Assembly (NCBI GenBank): GCA_951406725.2
Contig: OX597819.1
Span: forward strand, 50,654,001 to 50,718,000
DNA: 64,000 nucleotides
From: Octopus vulgaris
Lineage: Eukaryota
Direction: 5' to 3'
The notes beneath the pieces were generated by a model. It did not search any database. It saw nothing but the letters and a program-made list of their open reading frames with translations, and had not been told where the DNA came from. This document shows positions 13,415-27,894 of this stretch, in pieces. The stretch's first letter is position 1. Every line of letters starts with the position of its first letter. A program made the translations under genes and the position numbers.

Positions 13415-13531
13415 ATATATATATATATATATTTATTGGCTAAACTGGCAATATGACCATTCCGAAATATAACAATATCTGTTTCAACACACGACTTCAC
13501 ATAAAAAATCTTGCACAACAAATATTTAAAC

Positions 13532-13583
<52 letters not shown>

Positions 13584-13592
13584 GTATATATG

Positions 13593-13670
<78 letters not shown>

Positions 13671-14483
13671 CACGTTGTTCTATAACATTTCCTTTCGTTA
13701 ATCAGTAGTAACCGGAAATTTTATTCCACTTTTGCCCATTACGTAAGGTTTCTTCCAATCGTGGTGAAGCCCTTATTTTTACTTGGTTATAATAGTAGCA
13801 TTTTCAATTAGCATTTTCCTCCACTGTTGTTCTTGTACCATTCTCCCTATCTCCTTATCTCAGTATACTATGTATTTTCTTCTTAGTATCCTGTATGTGT
13901 TTATGTTGTATATTTGCATATACATATTTATATATATTTCCGAATATACGTAAATATATGTGTCTATGTGTGTGTATAAGTGTTTTTTGAGGGATATATT
14001 ATCCGGGCGGATACCGTATTAGCTCTCAGGTGAGTTTCAGTTAACGACTAACCACGACGATCAGTATCCAACATCTTCATCTACGATTAGTTGTCAGTCA
14101 CTCCGTGAATTCTTACGATAGCTAATTCCGTGCTCACTACACTGGACAGCAAAAATTGTCTGGAGTATATATTAATATTACTAAAACTAAAGAGTATAGA
14201 GAATTGTATATCCATAGAATTTATTTTATAGTTATATACAGCCTATTACAATGACATACACGTTTTTCCGCTTCCACGACTATATATATATATATATGGC
14301 GGTGCCCCAGCATGGCCACAGCTCATTAGCTGAAACTGGAAAAATCAAAAATCAAAATCAAATCATATATATATATATATATATACAGTTACTTCAAACA
14401 TGAACAAAGAGAAAACACAACAGCGCGAGGACGTAAAACAAGTATAGTGTTATTGGACGCTCAGGAAAGGCAAGAAAGAAGGA

Positions 14484-14516
14484 TTTAACGTTTCGAGCCG
14501 AGATCTTCGTCAGAAA
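14484..14516 (-). ncRNA. Minimal hammerhead motif in a PLE-pLTR-like repeat (about 14390-14590)
   Basis: ttt-CTGACGA-agatctcggctc-GAAAC-GTT-aaa, with a palindromic aacgtt stem III (dimer-type). Same family as 59117. Confidence 0.7.
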
Positions 14517-15007
14517 CATAGAAAAAGGAAAGGACCAAGGAAGAGAAGACGGAGAAAGAAAATCGCCAACGATACACACGCGGTCAGGCATGGTGAAAGG
14601 GTATGAATGTCGGTGTAGGTGTATACATATACATACTCGATCCCTAATTCTATGCAATCTTGCGGGTGCCGCCGATATACGAAGTTGTTAGTCTTATTGT
14701 TAAAGGCATGAAATAAGGAATTAGTAATTTTGGCCAAGAACTGAGGAAGAATTAGTGTCCTGGTGTCTATCCTATGTATACGTTTTGTAGTATTTTATGC
14801 ATTTATCGTTTATAGAATAACTGAACGCCACGCATCCAAACTTTTGTTTATAGTAGTCTGTGTATCTTTCTTTCTCTCTCTCTCTCTGTATATATATATA
14901 TAGGGGGGGAATTCGCAAAAAAAAAGAAAAGACGAAGACAGGTGGTGTAGACAACGAACAGATGTATTAGTTTAACGCTTGGGAAGTGAAAAAGTCGTTA
15001 ACGTGTG

Positions 15008-15039
15008 TAACGTTTCGAGCCTACGCTCTTCCACAGAAA
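15008..15039 (-). ncRNA. Hammerhead-like motif with A6U core change in a pLTR-like repeat (about 14900-15230)
   Basis: ttt-CTGTGGA-agagc-gtag-gctc-GAAAC-GTT-a. Stem II is perfect (gagc/gctc). Confidence 0.5.
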
Positions 15040-15232
15040 GTAACAAAGAAAGAAACAAGGAGAGAAAATAATGAATGTGTAGTGGCTAGCGATCTATCAT
15101 GGCGAATGCGGGACAGCTGGGTCACACAGGAGAGCTAGGAAGAATGGGAGATAAATAAAGTAGTGGTGATCCCAAAACGAAGGTGTACGTGTGTATCAGA
15201 GAGTATGTATGTGCCTGAGGAAGAGGGCTGGT

Positions 15233-15266
<34 letters not shown>

Positions 15267-15603
15267 AAGTCAAGCTTAAGAGTGTTTATCTTCATCATTA
15301 CCACCATATAAGCTCTTGAATTTCTCTTATATTCTTGATGCCGTTAATCTAGTGCTCTATGAAGAATTCTTGCTTTGATAATGTCTATATATATGCATGT
15401 ATGTATATATTTACTCATACATACGTACACACATGCACTCCTAAGTGTAATTATGTCAAATCATATGTGTACGTACTTAAACACTGAGTTTTTATCTACA
15501 TATGACATATGCAGTACAGCACAGAAGTAAAACGGTAAAATTACTGAGTGCTGGAACTATCAAAGCATAAAACGCCATTGAAGTAGCGGTAAAAATTGCA
15601 AAA

Positions 15604-16073
15604 GGTCGCGAGCTGGCAGAAACGTTAGCACGCCGGGTAAATTCTTAGCGGTATTTCGTCTGCCGCTACGTATTGAGTTCAAATTCCGCCGAGGTCGACT
15701 TTGCGTTTCATTCTTTCAGGGTCGATTAAATAAGAACCAGTTACGCACTGGGCTCTATATAGTCGACTTAATCCGTTTGTCTGCCCTTGTTTGTCCTCTC
15801 TGTGTTTAGCCCCTTGTGGGCAGTAAAGAAATAGGTATTTCGTCTGCCGTTACGTTCGGAGTTCAGATTCCACCGAGGTCGACTTTGCGGTTCATTCTTT
15901 CGGAGTTGATTAAATAAGTACCAGTTACGCACTGGGGTCGATGTAATCGACTTAATCCCTTTGACTGAAAGGCAAAGTCAACCTCGGTTGAATTTGAGCT
16001 CAGAACGTAAGGACAGGTGAAATACCGCTAAGCATTTCGCCCAGCGTGCTAATGATTCTACCAGCTCGCCGCC
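15604..16073. mobile_element. SINE family B cluster: + full (15604-15833), + partial (15835-15960), - partial (15965-16073)
   Basis: tRNA-like head 'gcgagctggcagaaacgttagc...gagttcaaattcc' and core 'gaggtcgactttgc.tttcat.ctttc.gggtcgat.aaataagtaccag', which resembles the Meta/MESC SINE core. Confidence 0.9.
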
Positions 16074-16167
16074 CTACTTGCAGTTATTCTTGTTTTTGTG
16101 ACATGCTTAACCGAAGACGGTATCTTTGGATTCACTTGCGGCATATCGCGGCTAATACTCTTTAGAT

Positions 16168-16522
16168 CAGGTTTTCTCGACCATTTTTTTTTACCTATGA
16201 ACCCTTTTGATTACTATTTTTCTGGTAGACACCCAAAGCCATTCGATGTTTAAAAAGTAGTTATTTTAGAAACTTCTTTCAAATTTTCTTATTTTGTTTG
16301 TGACACATTAACTTGTGTAGGTTGAACTATGGGAAATGTTAGAGAAAGAACCCCCAACTGTTTCTTGTAATACATACCAATACATACATCTAAAGCAAAA
16401 TATTTTTCAGGAGCCCTCAAAATACTATTGTGGGTCTCCGGTTTACTATTTTGTTGCGTGGACCCTCAAAAGTCTTCTATGGGCTGCAAAAGTCTTATAT
16501 GGACATCGTTAGAGAACCACTG
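16168..16522. mobile_element. hAT (Charlie-type) MITE
   Basis: Perfect 8-bp TSD ctttagat on both sides. Termini caggttttctc and gagaaccactg (CAGTGGTTCTC-type TIR). Confidence 0.9.
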
Positions 16523-16816
16523 CTTTAGATTTTTGCTTTGTAATTTTCTGATGTCTAACTTAATTTTACAGCCAGGACTCGTAATTTAAAATTAAAAAAA
16601 AACGTTCGACTTAAACAGGAAGAAAAAGGAAGCAAGTTATGTCAATGCCTCCCCACAATCGACAATAATAAGAGAGAAGGGTGGAGGAGAAGAGATGGTA
16701 GGGAATGAATAAGAGACATTGGAAGAAGAGACGAAAAATTCGAAACTGGAACATATATGAGATACGTACAACATACACAGGTACGAACCAACGTACTCAT
16801 GTACTATGTATGTATG

Positions 16817-16847
<31 letters not shown>

Positions 16848-16977
16848 AAAACAGCTAAAGGCTCAAAGATAATCTTGCGTATATTTACAAACAGGCACAC
16901 ATACTCACACAGAGCGGCAAACCGCAAAGATACACGATTACTCAAAGGCACTCTTTGATACTTACACAAGCATGCAT

Positions 16978-17009
<32 letters not shown>

Positions 17010-17659
17010 GACATAAAGACACACACGTACAGGTACTTACACACGCACATACATACACACACACACGGAAACACACACACACACACGCATACACACACAC
17101 ATACACACACACACACACACGCACGCACGCACGCACACAAATTGAGTCCCTATACAGCACGTTGCTGCCACAGTATTTATATTCCGATACGAATTAATTT
17201 CTTTAACTCTTACCTCTTTATTCCTCATCATCAATTTCTCACTCGTTCAGCTTCTCCCTCCATTTTCTCTGTTCTTTTTTTTTCCTGCCTTCTTTTCTGC
17301 ACACCGCCGCCGCCGTCGCTGCCGCTGCCGCCGGGCGCTACTACAACCACCACCAGACGCCGCCACCATCACCGCATTTGCGGCCACCTCTGACTCGTTA
17401 AATACGAATATGTATACATTATAGATGCATAGATATAACAAAGGGGTATGTATGTAGATCTATGTATCTGTATATGTTTACGCATATCCATATACAAACA
17501 CTCGCAATATATGCTCAGAGATATATACATACGCACACACACACACGCACGCACATGTAAGTATATATATAATATGTATATATAACATGTATACATAAAT
17601 TAAATGTATATGTACACTCAAACACACAAATATATTCATATACATACATACATGCGTAC

Positions 17660-17743
<84 letters not shown>

Positions 17744-17960
17744 TACATAGATTAATTTTCTCTGACAGCCACACAAGTCACCCACCCCAAACGCACGCAG
17801 GGAGAGATAGTGAAACGAAGGAAGGGAGAGAGAGGGAAGGAAGAGAGAGGGAAGGAAGAGAGAAAGAGAGAGAGTTAATACATACATATATCTATACATA
17901 CACACGCACACACACATACACTCACACACATATATATATGTATATATACATATGTATATA

Positions 17961-18017
<57 letters not shown>

Positions 18018-18131
18018 TACCTGCATACACACACACACACACACATATATATATACACCAGCAACTTACAATCGTATTATACATATATACAGAGATATAT
18101 GCATTTATGTATTTGTGTATGTATGCATATC

Positions 18132-18196
<65 letters not shown>

Positions 18197-18313
18197 ATAA
18201 TTATATATAATTATATATAAAATACATATATATATATGTATACGCATATATATATGTATATGTGTGTGCATATATATATACAAATATACACACACTTATA
18301 CACAAATGCATAC

Positions 18314-18358
<45 letters not shown>

Positions 18359-19158
18359 CATACATGCTTACGTGTGTGTGCACACGCAGATTAATTTGCT
18401 CAGACAGTCATACTCACTCTCTCACTCTCTCACACACACACGCACACACACACACACACACGCTCATGCTCACATACGCAGAACACGGTTGTCCACGCAA
18501 TGTATACACATACAGCAAAATGAGACAGCTGGAGGTGGCGCGGGGGACAGAAAAAAGCTGGGATGGGGGGGGGTGATGGAGCGAACGAGCGAGCGAAATT
18601 GGGAGAGAATGTGGGAGCGAATGATTTTCGTAATATGTCCATGCCTTTGATAAAAATGAAATGTAGAAGTACTAATATTATCTACTGAAAGTCAATCAGA
18701 TAAATTGTATGACTTATGGTCGATGACCGAACAGTATTAATAACTGTCTTAATACCCTTACCACCCACATCAACCAATCACAAATATCCCCCACTCCAGC
18801 ATTCACACAAACCACGTGACAACAACGCCATTATCTCTAGATTACTTTCTGGCCCATAGCAGATCATTCCGCTTTGCTGACACTTTCCCAGAATTAACCG
18901 CCATTTTCTTATTATTGCTCTTTGCGTTTTTTCTTTGCTTGTTTCTTCCTTTCTTTTCTTTTCTTTTCTTTTTTCTTTTCTTCTGTTTTTCTTTTTACTT
19001 CCTATCATTTCTTTCTTGATATATCAGTGATTGTATGTATGTATGTATGTATGTATGTATGTATGTATGTATGTATGTATGTATGTATGTATGTATGTAT
19101 ATAGTCATACACAGACAGACACACAGTACACATAGACACAGACACAGATACACACACA

Positions 19159-19214
<56 letters not shown>

Positions 19215-19708
19215 ACATACGTACATACATTCATGCATACACACACATACATACACACACACACATATATATATAAGTTTTGATTGTGTGTATGTCTGTA
19301 CTGTTTAAAACCTGGCTGTATGCGAATATCTGTATGTCACTACATACATGTATGTCTGCATGTTCTTACATACATACATAATACATACATACCTACCTAC
19401 CTACCTACATACATACATACATACATACATACATACATACATGCACACTCACATATAGTCATACATACATTCTTACATATAAATGCGTATGTATATTGTA
19501 TAAATATACGTACATTCGTATGTGTGTGTGTAAAACTTGAAGGAAAGAGTGTGGGAAGAAAAGGAGTTAAGAAAAATCATGGCTTCTAACATCCGAGCAA
19601 CTGGAATGAGATTTCAACAAGCTACTTCCTTTCCGCAGAGAAAGGAAGTCGTACCCTTCATTCTTGTACACCATATTTGTAAAGAACACCTGATAGGAAC
19701 TTTTATTC

Positions 19709-20580
19709 TAAGGACAATTTAAAAAGAAGAGGTATGATGGCGATGCGACAGTTTTAAAGGAAGTAGGTAAAATTTTGAAACTCTTTTAGTATATTGTATT
19801 ATACATTTGTGACATACTTTTATCTATGTACATCTCCACGTATGGTTTTAGCTCTCTTTTATTCGACAAGTTTTGTACTGTATATATGAATCCTGTGTCC
19901 GTCCTACAGGAGCTGTGTTTAACTACACGCCCGCTTCTTCTTCCCCGGGACAAGGCCCTGCTGGAATTCCATTCACACCCTAATTTGCCCGAAGTGAACG
20001 AAATGCAGCACTGAATTGTTTGTCAGTGAACAGGTCGCGGTCGCAAAGCGACGGAAATGTTTTGGCAAATTAAATTTAAATGTTGAAGTGAATCTAACGG
20101 ATTTTGTGTGTTCTTTAAATGGTCTATAAACACCTTCCACGTTGCAATTGTTTTCCTTCCAGCACACGATCTCAGATCAGGTCACTTGCTATGCAAGTTA
20201 CATCGATTTATAACTGTGCTGATATCAATGGTCTCTGTGAGCCCCTGGACACAGACGCGAGCAGAAACAATAAAATATGTTAGTAGTGACGCTTGATTCT
20301 GTGATGAGTGGTGAGATGATGGCCTAAGTGCTAGTAGTAGTAATGGTGTTGATGCTGTGATTGTTACGAGGAATAAAAACAGGCGCAGGCGTGGATGTGT
20401 GGCCGAGAAGTTTACTTTCCAATCTGTCGAATAAAAGAGAGCTAAAACCGTATGTAGAGACACATACATAAAAGTGTGCACAGATGTATAACACAATATA
20501 CTAAAAGAGTTTCAAGAGTGTGCCTCCTTCCTTTAAATCTGTCACATCGCCATCACACCTCTTCGTCTTAAATTGTCTTA
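19709..20580. repeat. Diverged inverted repeat of about 160 bp (19709-19868 vs 20425-20580)
   Basis: 'gacaattta..aagaggt.tgatggcgatg.gacag.tttaaaggaag...ttgaaactcttttagtatattg...ggttttagctctcttttattcgaca' and its reverse complement. Confidence 0.85.
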
Positions 20581-20779
20581 TACACCATATTTGGTGCATA
20601 ATCTTAGATTCAGTTCCGCCACGCACCAACTTTGGCAGGTGTCTTCTACTATAGCTCTGGACTAACCAAAGCCCTGTAAATTGATTTGGTAGACGGAAAG
20701 TGATAAAGCCTGCCGTGATTATACATATATACATATGTATGTATTTACGTACATACATACATACATACGTACATACATA

Positions 20780-20862
<83 letters not shown>

Positions 20863-21079
20863 CATAGATACTTACATATAGGTATGAGTGTGTATTTGTA
20901 TTTGCCCCCACCAATGCATGACAATCGATGTTTGTTTACGTCGCTATTGCTTAGTGGTTCGGTGAAAGAGACCGGTAGAAAAAGTACGTGTGTGTCTTTG
21001 TTTCTGTGATCTCCTCCCACCTCCACCACTGCTTGACAACCGATGCTGGTGTGTTAACGTCCCCGTAGCCTAGCGGTTC
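20382..21079 (+). mobile_element. SINE family A, diverged, interrupted at 20424-20594
   Basis: Head ggcgcaggcgtggatgtgtgg at 20382. The body resumes '..gattcagttcc...gtgtcttctactatagc' after about 20595. Confidence 0.8.
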
Positions 21080-21309
21080 AAATGCAATTTGAAAAGGGAC
21101 CGTAGAGAAATGTAAGACCTTTCTCAAGTTTAAAATTTGAATTTGCTTTTGTTCTCAACATTGATGCGATAGAGATCTGTATCTTTGTTAGGAACCAACT
21201 CCTTCCCCTGAAGAAAATTTCAAATAATTGAAAATAGAAGACGTAAAAGCAGACATGTATATGTACATACTTCCATACACACACACACACACATATAATA
21301 TACATACAT

Positions 21310-21659
21310 CCAGGACTTATTTTTTGTAAGCCTAGTACTTATTCTATTGGTCTCTTTTTGCTAAACCACTAAGCAACGGGATCGTAAACACACCAGTAAA
21401 CACACCAGCATCGGTTGCCATGCGATGTTGGGGAGACAAACACAGATACAAACATATACACACACATACATATAGATACATAGATATACATATATACGAT
21501 GGGCTTCTTTCAGTTTCCGTCTACCAAGTCCACTCACAAGGCTTTGGTCAGCCCGAGGCTATAGTAGAAGGCACTTGTCCAGGGTGCTATGCAGTGGGAC
21601 TGAGCCCGGAATCATGTGGTTGGTAAGCAAGCTACTTACCGCACAGCCACTCCTGCGCC
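21310..21659 (-). mobile_element. SINE family A, nearly full length
   Basis: Intact head, reading on the plus strand 'atgtggttggtaagcaagctacttaccgcacagccactcctgcgcc'. Confidence 0.92.
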
Positions 21660-21854
21660 TCCTTGTATTGATGTACATACATCCATACAAGAAAGAAAAA
21701 AAATGACATATAAGACAGAGCCAACATGAATATGAAGAAAAAGAAAGTGTTGAAATTTTGAACCAACAACCGTTTCCAAGGCTTTGTAGTTCAACTATCA
21801 TATCAGGTGGTAGCTTTGGCGATTGTTTTTCTGTTGCCATTTTACTGTTGCTGC

Positions 21855-22376
21855 TGAAGACGACGACGACGACGATGATGATGATGATGATGTGAGGTGG
21901 AGATGGATTGGGATGCAGAGGAGGTGGAGGACGAGAAGGAGAATGACACTGAGGTATTGGGGGTAGTAGTAGTGGAGATAGTGTGCTAGTTGGGATGCAA
22001 ATTATGGTCGTGGTGGTTGTGGCGGTGGCGGTACGCGAACGATGGTGATCATGAACATGGTGTCGATGATAATGGTCGTGGTGGTGGTGGTGGGTGGTGG
22101 TGGGTGGTGGGTGGTGGTGGTGGTGGTGGTGGTGGTGGCGATAGTCATGTGAAAATAACATGGATGATGAGAGCGACAGATGTATGAATGTTAATGACGA
22201 CAGAGATGATGCTGACGTCAACGAGGCAATGACAACAACGATGATGATGACGACGACGACGACGACGATGATGTTGATGGTGAGGAAAAGGATGATTTGG
22301 CTGACGATGATGATAATGATGATGATGAAGGTGATCATGATGATGATGATGTTGATGATGATGATGATGATGATGT

Positions 22377-22454
<78 letters not shown>

Positions 22455-22660
22455 ATCGGATGAGAGTGATGGTGCGGACGACGACGTTAACGACGGTGAT
22501 GATGATGATGGTGATGATGATGATGATGATGATGATGAAGATGATGACGATCATGATGATGATGATGATGACGATCATGATGTGTACACAAATGATGATA
22601 ATGATTCCAATGATAAAGGAAACGACGATGACGATTACGCAGATGACGACATCGACGTCG
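21855..22660. repeat. (GAT/GAC/GGT)n trinucleotide field
   Basis: Direct inspection. Explains the 403-aa, 212-aa and poly-Asp ORFs. Confidence 0.95.
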
Positions 22661-23243
22661 TCTCTTGTCACTTTGCCAGAAATTTTCAGTAATGATGATG
22701 TTAAAACATCAAATAGCGACAGCGTTCGATGCAACTGCCCTCTGGCGGAGAGTGAAGTAAGGAAGTGCAAAAACTCTTGGGATGACGTCGTTTTATAATT
22801 ATACCAAGTTCAGATTTATATACGCAAGTACGTATATACACGGAGAAACATGTACAAGGGCATCTATGAATGCCTTTCTACATACCACACTCTTTTTATC
22901 TTTATTTTTCTTTCTCGTTTCATTTTTATACATACAAACGCGCATACATACATGCTCACAAACACACACATACATACACACAGAAATACACTCACACACA
23001 CACGCTCGTATATATAAATGCACACATATACTGTATAGACATATCAGTACACACATTCATTCTTACACAAACACGTATATGTTATGGTCATATATATATA
23101 TATACATATATATATACCTACATAAATATTTATATGTATATATTTGTACATGTATATATCTATATACTTACATAAAAATATATGTATGTGTACATATATA
23201 TATATGTATATCTCTTTCTCTCCCTCTCTCTCTCTCTATATAT

Positions 23244-23328
<85 letters not shown>

Positions 23329-23353
23329 GTGTGTATATATGTATATATGTATA

Positions 23354-23400
<47 letters not shown>

Positions 23401-23405
<5 letters not shown>

Positions 23406-24174
23406 AATAAGAAAATGGAGGAACAAATTCATTTCGATCATCAACTTACGGATATTACAATTTCATATTATTTATTAATTATACAAATAGGAACATGAAA
23501 ATTGAACAAAACAATATACATCAATATGCAAATTAATAATAAAATAAAAATAATACAAATAAACTGCTCCTTACAGCTGTTTCAGCCTATGGTCAAGAGG
23601 CAATCCAACTTAAATTGCTCATATATGCCATTGTAGTATAGTCCTAGGCACTAAAGATTATATTTATCTGTTTACTTGTCTATTTAAGAGGCCTCGTCAG
23701 ATGGAGGTCTTTGCAGGTATGTATATCCTCTGACGAGGCCTTTGGTTATTTAAACAGACAAATATAACCTTTAAAGCCTAGGACCATACTACAATGGCAT
23801 ATATGAGCAATTTAAGTTGGATTGCCTCTTGACCATAGGCTGAAACAGCTGTAAGGAGCAGTTTATTTGTATTAATCTGCATATTGATGTATATTGTTTT
23901 GTTCGATTTTCATGTTCCTATTTGTATAATTAATAAATAATATGAAATTGTAATATCCGTAAGTTGATGATCGAAATGAATTTGTTCCTCCATTTTCTTA
24001 TTTGTATTATGAATTTACGGTAAAATATTTTTTACCTTCACCCATTCAATACAATAATTAAATTAATTGCATTGCAATTATAACCATTTATGAATTTAGT
24101 ATTTGGGTACTTCACCAGCAGTATATTGGATAACTGATATCCCATAGTGGGTTACCCTCATAACCCCTATCTTT

Positions 24175-24179
<5 letters not shown>
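23401..24179. mobile_element. HHR-bearing fold-back element (inverted pLTR-like): arms 23401-23701 and 23729-24007, plus a tail of about 170 bp, flanked by (TA)n
   Basis: Near-identical inverted arms of about 290 bp. CTGACGA cores face the apex on both strands. Confidence 0.9.
23726..23857 (+). ncRNA. Type-I hammerhead with long branched stem II (mirror copy on - at 23568-23701)
   Basis: tcct-CTGACGA-ggcctttggtta...tgaccataggct-GAAAC-agct-GTA-agga, with a palindromic acagctgt stem III. Confidence 0.85.
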
Positions 24180-24224
<45 letters not shown>

Positions 24225-24366
24225 CACTATTTCAGAATTATTGCATTCCGTTCTTGATTGTGAGCATATACAGTTTTTCGCTCATCATTAAATATGTGGA
24301 GTTTATATTCTTCTCTATACTTGCTTTTTATGTGTATGACTGTGTGTGCACTTGTTTATATAGATG

Positions 24367-24405
<39 letters not shown>

Positions 24406-24780
24406 ACATACACACACATATGTGTACGTATGTGTTTGTGTGTGTGCTCTCTACACATTCTGATTGGATCTTCAATGCGTTAACATGTGCATCCTTGCGA
24501 CAATGTAGCCTTTAATTTAATCAAGATATCCTTGGCCTGAAGTGTAGCCGGCGGTATACACCTCACTTGTATTTTCACCACTTCTGAGGTTCCGCTTGCT
24601 ATCCAACATATGTAGCTCGGATCTTACCTACTCCATTCCGTAACTGTTGTATTCTTATTCGCACACCCTGGTCACCTGCCGTGGAATATAGAAAGAACTT
24701 TTTTCAGCTTGTCTTCCGTCTCAATAAAGCATTATTATCTCAGGAAGTTATTTTATGTTTACTACGGATTGCTTGCATAA

Positions 24781-24817
24781 CTGTCCGACGAATGAAACGT
24801 GAAACTTTGAGTAACAG
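24781..24817 (+). ncRNA. Hammerhead motif with CCGACGA (U4C) core
   Basis: ctgt-CCGACGA-atg-aaa-cgt-GAAAC-tttga-GTA-acag. Stems I and II pair. Confidence 0.6.
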
Positions 24818-25039
24818 ATCTGTGATAATTTTGAAGTTACACACACACCCACCCACCCACACACACACATATTTATATATTCTATGATTCTTTAGTTATT
24901 GTCTATGTGTAGGCGTAAGTACATTTGTGCCTTTTGAACTCTCGTATATAGTGTGGGCATAAGCGTATGTGTGTGTACGTATGTGAATATGTGTGTATGT
25001 GCATGCTTGTGATATCTGATTTTTTCTTCTTCTGGATTG

Positions 25040-25229
25040 GTGAGAATTTAGCGATGAAACTTTGATCATCGCTACACTTCCCGAGAATATCAAGGACTTC
25101 ATCTAGACACCGTTGCTCTTGATTGAAAATCAAGAGCCGTGAGACAAACTTGGTTGCAACATGTTGCATGCACAGATTTTCCGTGAGAATCAAAGGACGA
25201 GCTCCAAAACTGATTCCTGTCATATGAGA

Positions 25230-25321
<92 letters not shown>

Positions 25322-25540
25322 TTCCAGATTGTTTGGCAACGCTTGTCAAAGATGAGTTCCAGAAACTTTGCCAAATGTTTTCGCGTTTTGCAAGCAATTG
25401 TTCACTTCGAATGGTCAATGGATTGAACCGACGACTGGCGAATTCCACTCTAAAACAGGTATTCAACCTAAACAAAATATGCGCCAAAAACTTTGACGAA
25501 GTATTTTGTTGGTCTCGGTGAGAGACTTATCGGGCTTAAA
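25040..25540 (-). pseudogene. Decayed mariner transposase N-terminal fragment with an (AG)n insertion (25225-25318)
   Basis: ILTENLCMQHVATKFVSRLLIFNQEQRCLDEVLDILGKCSDDQSFIAK matches the mariner 'KFVPRLL/WVPHEL' region. Confidence 0.75.
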
Positions 25541-26002
25541 GCCAACTTTGATGTAAGCACGTAGATTTAATTTGTCAGCCATTGCTAAACTCACTGAGGC
25601 GTTTTATCAAACCGTTACAAAACCTTGCGTAATAACTGACCGGGAACAGATTGTATACAGAAGTGTGTGTGTGTGTGTGTCAGTGTGTGTGTGTGCGTGT
25701 GTATGCATGCGTACGTGTGTGTGTGTGTGCGTGCATGTATTTGCTTGTACATATGTATGTATGTGTGTTCATGCATGCCTCCGGTTGTCTCTAACCGCTT
25801 CACCAATGGTGTCTCATTAGTTAATGAACTCGTAACCTGACGGATCATCTAAAAGAGAACAGTGGAATATTAGGCATAAAATCAGTCTCGAGGACGATTT
25901 CAGCAACCCAATTCCTAAAGACAGAGCTCCAGAATGGCCACAGGCTGATAACCAAAACAAGAAAAAGACCACACGTGTGTATGCGTGTATATGTGTGTAT
26001 AC

Positions 26003-26069
<67 letters not shown>

Positions 26070-26077
26070 TGTGTGTA

Positions 26078-26140
<63 letters not shown>

Positions 26141-26331
26141 TCACATATATACCTCTACATAGGCACACACACACACATGCAAATATCTATATCGGTATCT
26201 ATTTACACACAAATTTTCTTCCTATTCATAATTTTTTTTATTAATTTCGTTTCGTATCTCACCCCACACCCCACGCACTTTAAGATGTTTCGGTTTTGGC
26301 AAGATTCTGTTAGTTTGTATCTATCCATAAG

Positions 26332-26448
26332 TTCTTCTTCTTCTTCTTCTTCTTCTTCTTCTTCTTCTTCTTCTTCTTCTTCTTCTTCTTCTTCTTCTTC
26401 TTCTTCTTCTTCTTCTTCTTCTTCTTCTTCTTCTTCATCTTCTTCTTC
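26332..26448. repeat. (TTC)n microsatellite
   Basis: Perfect repeats. Confidence 0.95.
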
Positions 26449-27862
26449 GTTTTCTTCCTCTTCTACTCTTCTTCGTTTTTGCTCCCCTCGCTTCTTTCTT
26501 ACTTTTTGCCATGTTTAATTATTTATTTATTTATTTATTTCTGCATATATTTATTTATTCATTTTCTTCCACACTTTTTCGCTATTTTCCAATCTACCTT
26601 CCCACCCACAAACCTTTCATTCTTATTCTCCCCGTCTTATTCTCAAATCTTCTTCGCTCTTTTTTCCTACCACCTCTTTCACCTCTCCAAATTCTCAATC
26701 ATTTCTTTTCTAGAACCATATCTTACGATTCATTCATACATTTTTATTAAGCCTCTTTTCAATCTCCACTCCATTCTTCTCTACTCTTCTGCCTCGCCAT
26801 CACCTACACCATTACATTAGCCTCTCCTTTACCTCCGCCTTGCTCTCAACTACATTGTTCTGTGCCGTTTTGCTCTCATCTCAATCTCCAATTCACCCAC
26901 TCAATTCTACCTCAACTCCACCGTCTTACCCACATTGCCACCGTCGCCGCTGCTGCCTCCGCGGCCACCGCCGTCGCTGCAACCACCATCACCATTACTA
27001 CTAGAAACACCAACACTAACACAATCACGTCCATGACGACCACCACCACCGAAAAAACCGCAGCCATTGTCAACAATAACAACATCATCACCAAAACAGA
27101 CACCACCAAGACGCACCATCCTCCAACACCACCACCGAAACCACCACCGAAACCACCACCAACACCACCACCACCACCACCACCACCACCACCACCACCA
27201 TCAACATCACCTATAGCATTACCGCAAAACTCCAACCGTCATCCATGCAGTCTATTCTTCATTTTCAATACATTTTCTTAAGAGAACTAGAAGACAGAGA
27301 GAGGGAGAGAGAGAAAGAGAAACAGAGTGAGAGGGAGAGAGAGAAACAGAGAGAGAGAGAGAGAGAGAGATACGCATGGCGAGTGGGGGTGACAGTGGTG
27401 TTATTCCGAATGATCAAACTTTAAACAACAACAACAAAAAAAAGAATAAGAAGAACAACAACAACGACAACAACAACAACAACTATACAACAAAAATAAT
27501 GACAATCAGAATATTAATATCACCAACAACAAATAATATCAACAATGACAGCTACGAATGTGCCTATGTGTGTATATATATGTATGCATGTATGTATATA
27601 TTCATATATATATGCATATATCCATATATATATACACATATATATCATCTACATGCATGTATGTATGTATGCATGCATATAGATATATTTATGTATTTAA
27701 TATACATACACATATATACATGCGGGAAAAGAAAGAGAAAGAGATAGCATGAAGTAAATAAAAGCAAATTATACAAAAATGGAATACAAATTGGTCCTAT
27801 TGAATAGGTTATTGAAAAAAAAAAACGTCTAAAAGACACATATATACGTGTATATATTGTTG

Positions 27863-27894
<32 letters not shown>

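Noticed and set aside
14020-14105. Minus-strand CTGACAA...GAAAC-tcacctga motif
   Set aside because: Core positions 3 and 8 are mismatched, there is no NUH triplet and stem I is unconvincing.
19709-20580. 870-bp DNA transposon with 160-bp TIRs
   Set aside because: The right arm lies inside a SINE head and there is no flush TSD. Treated as a templated insertion instead.
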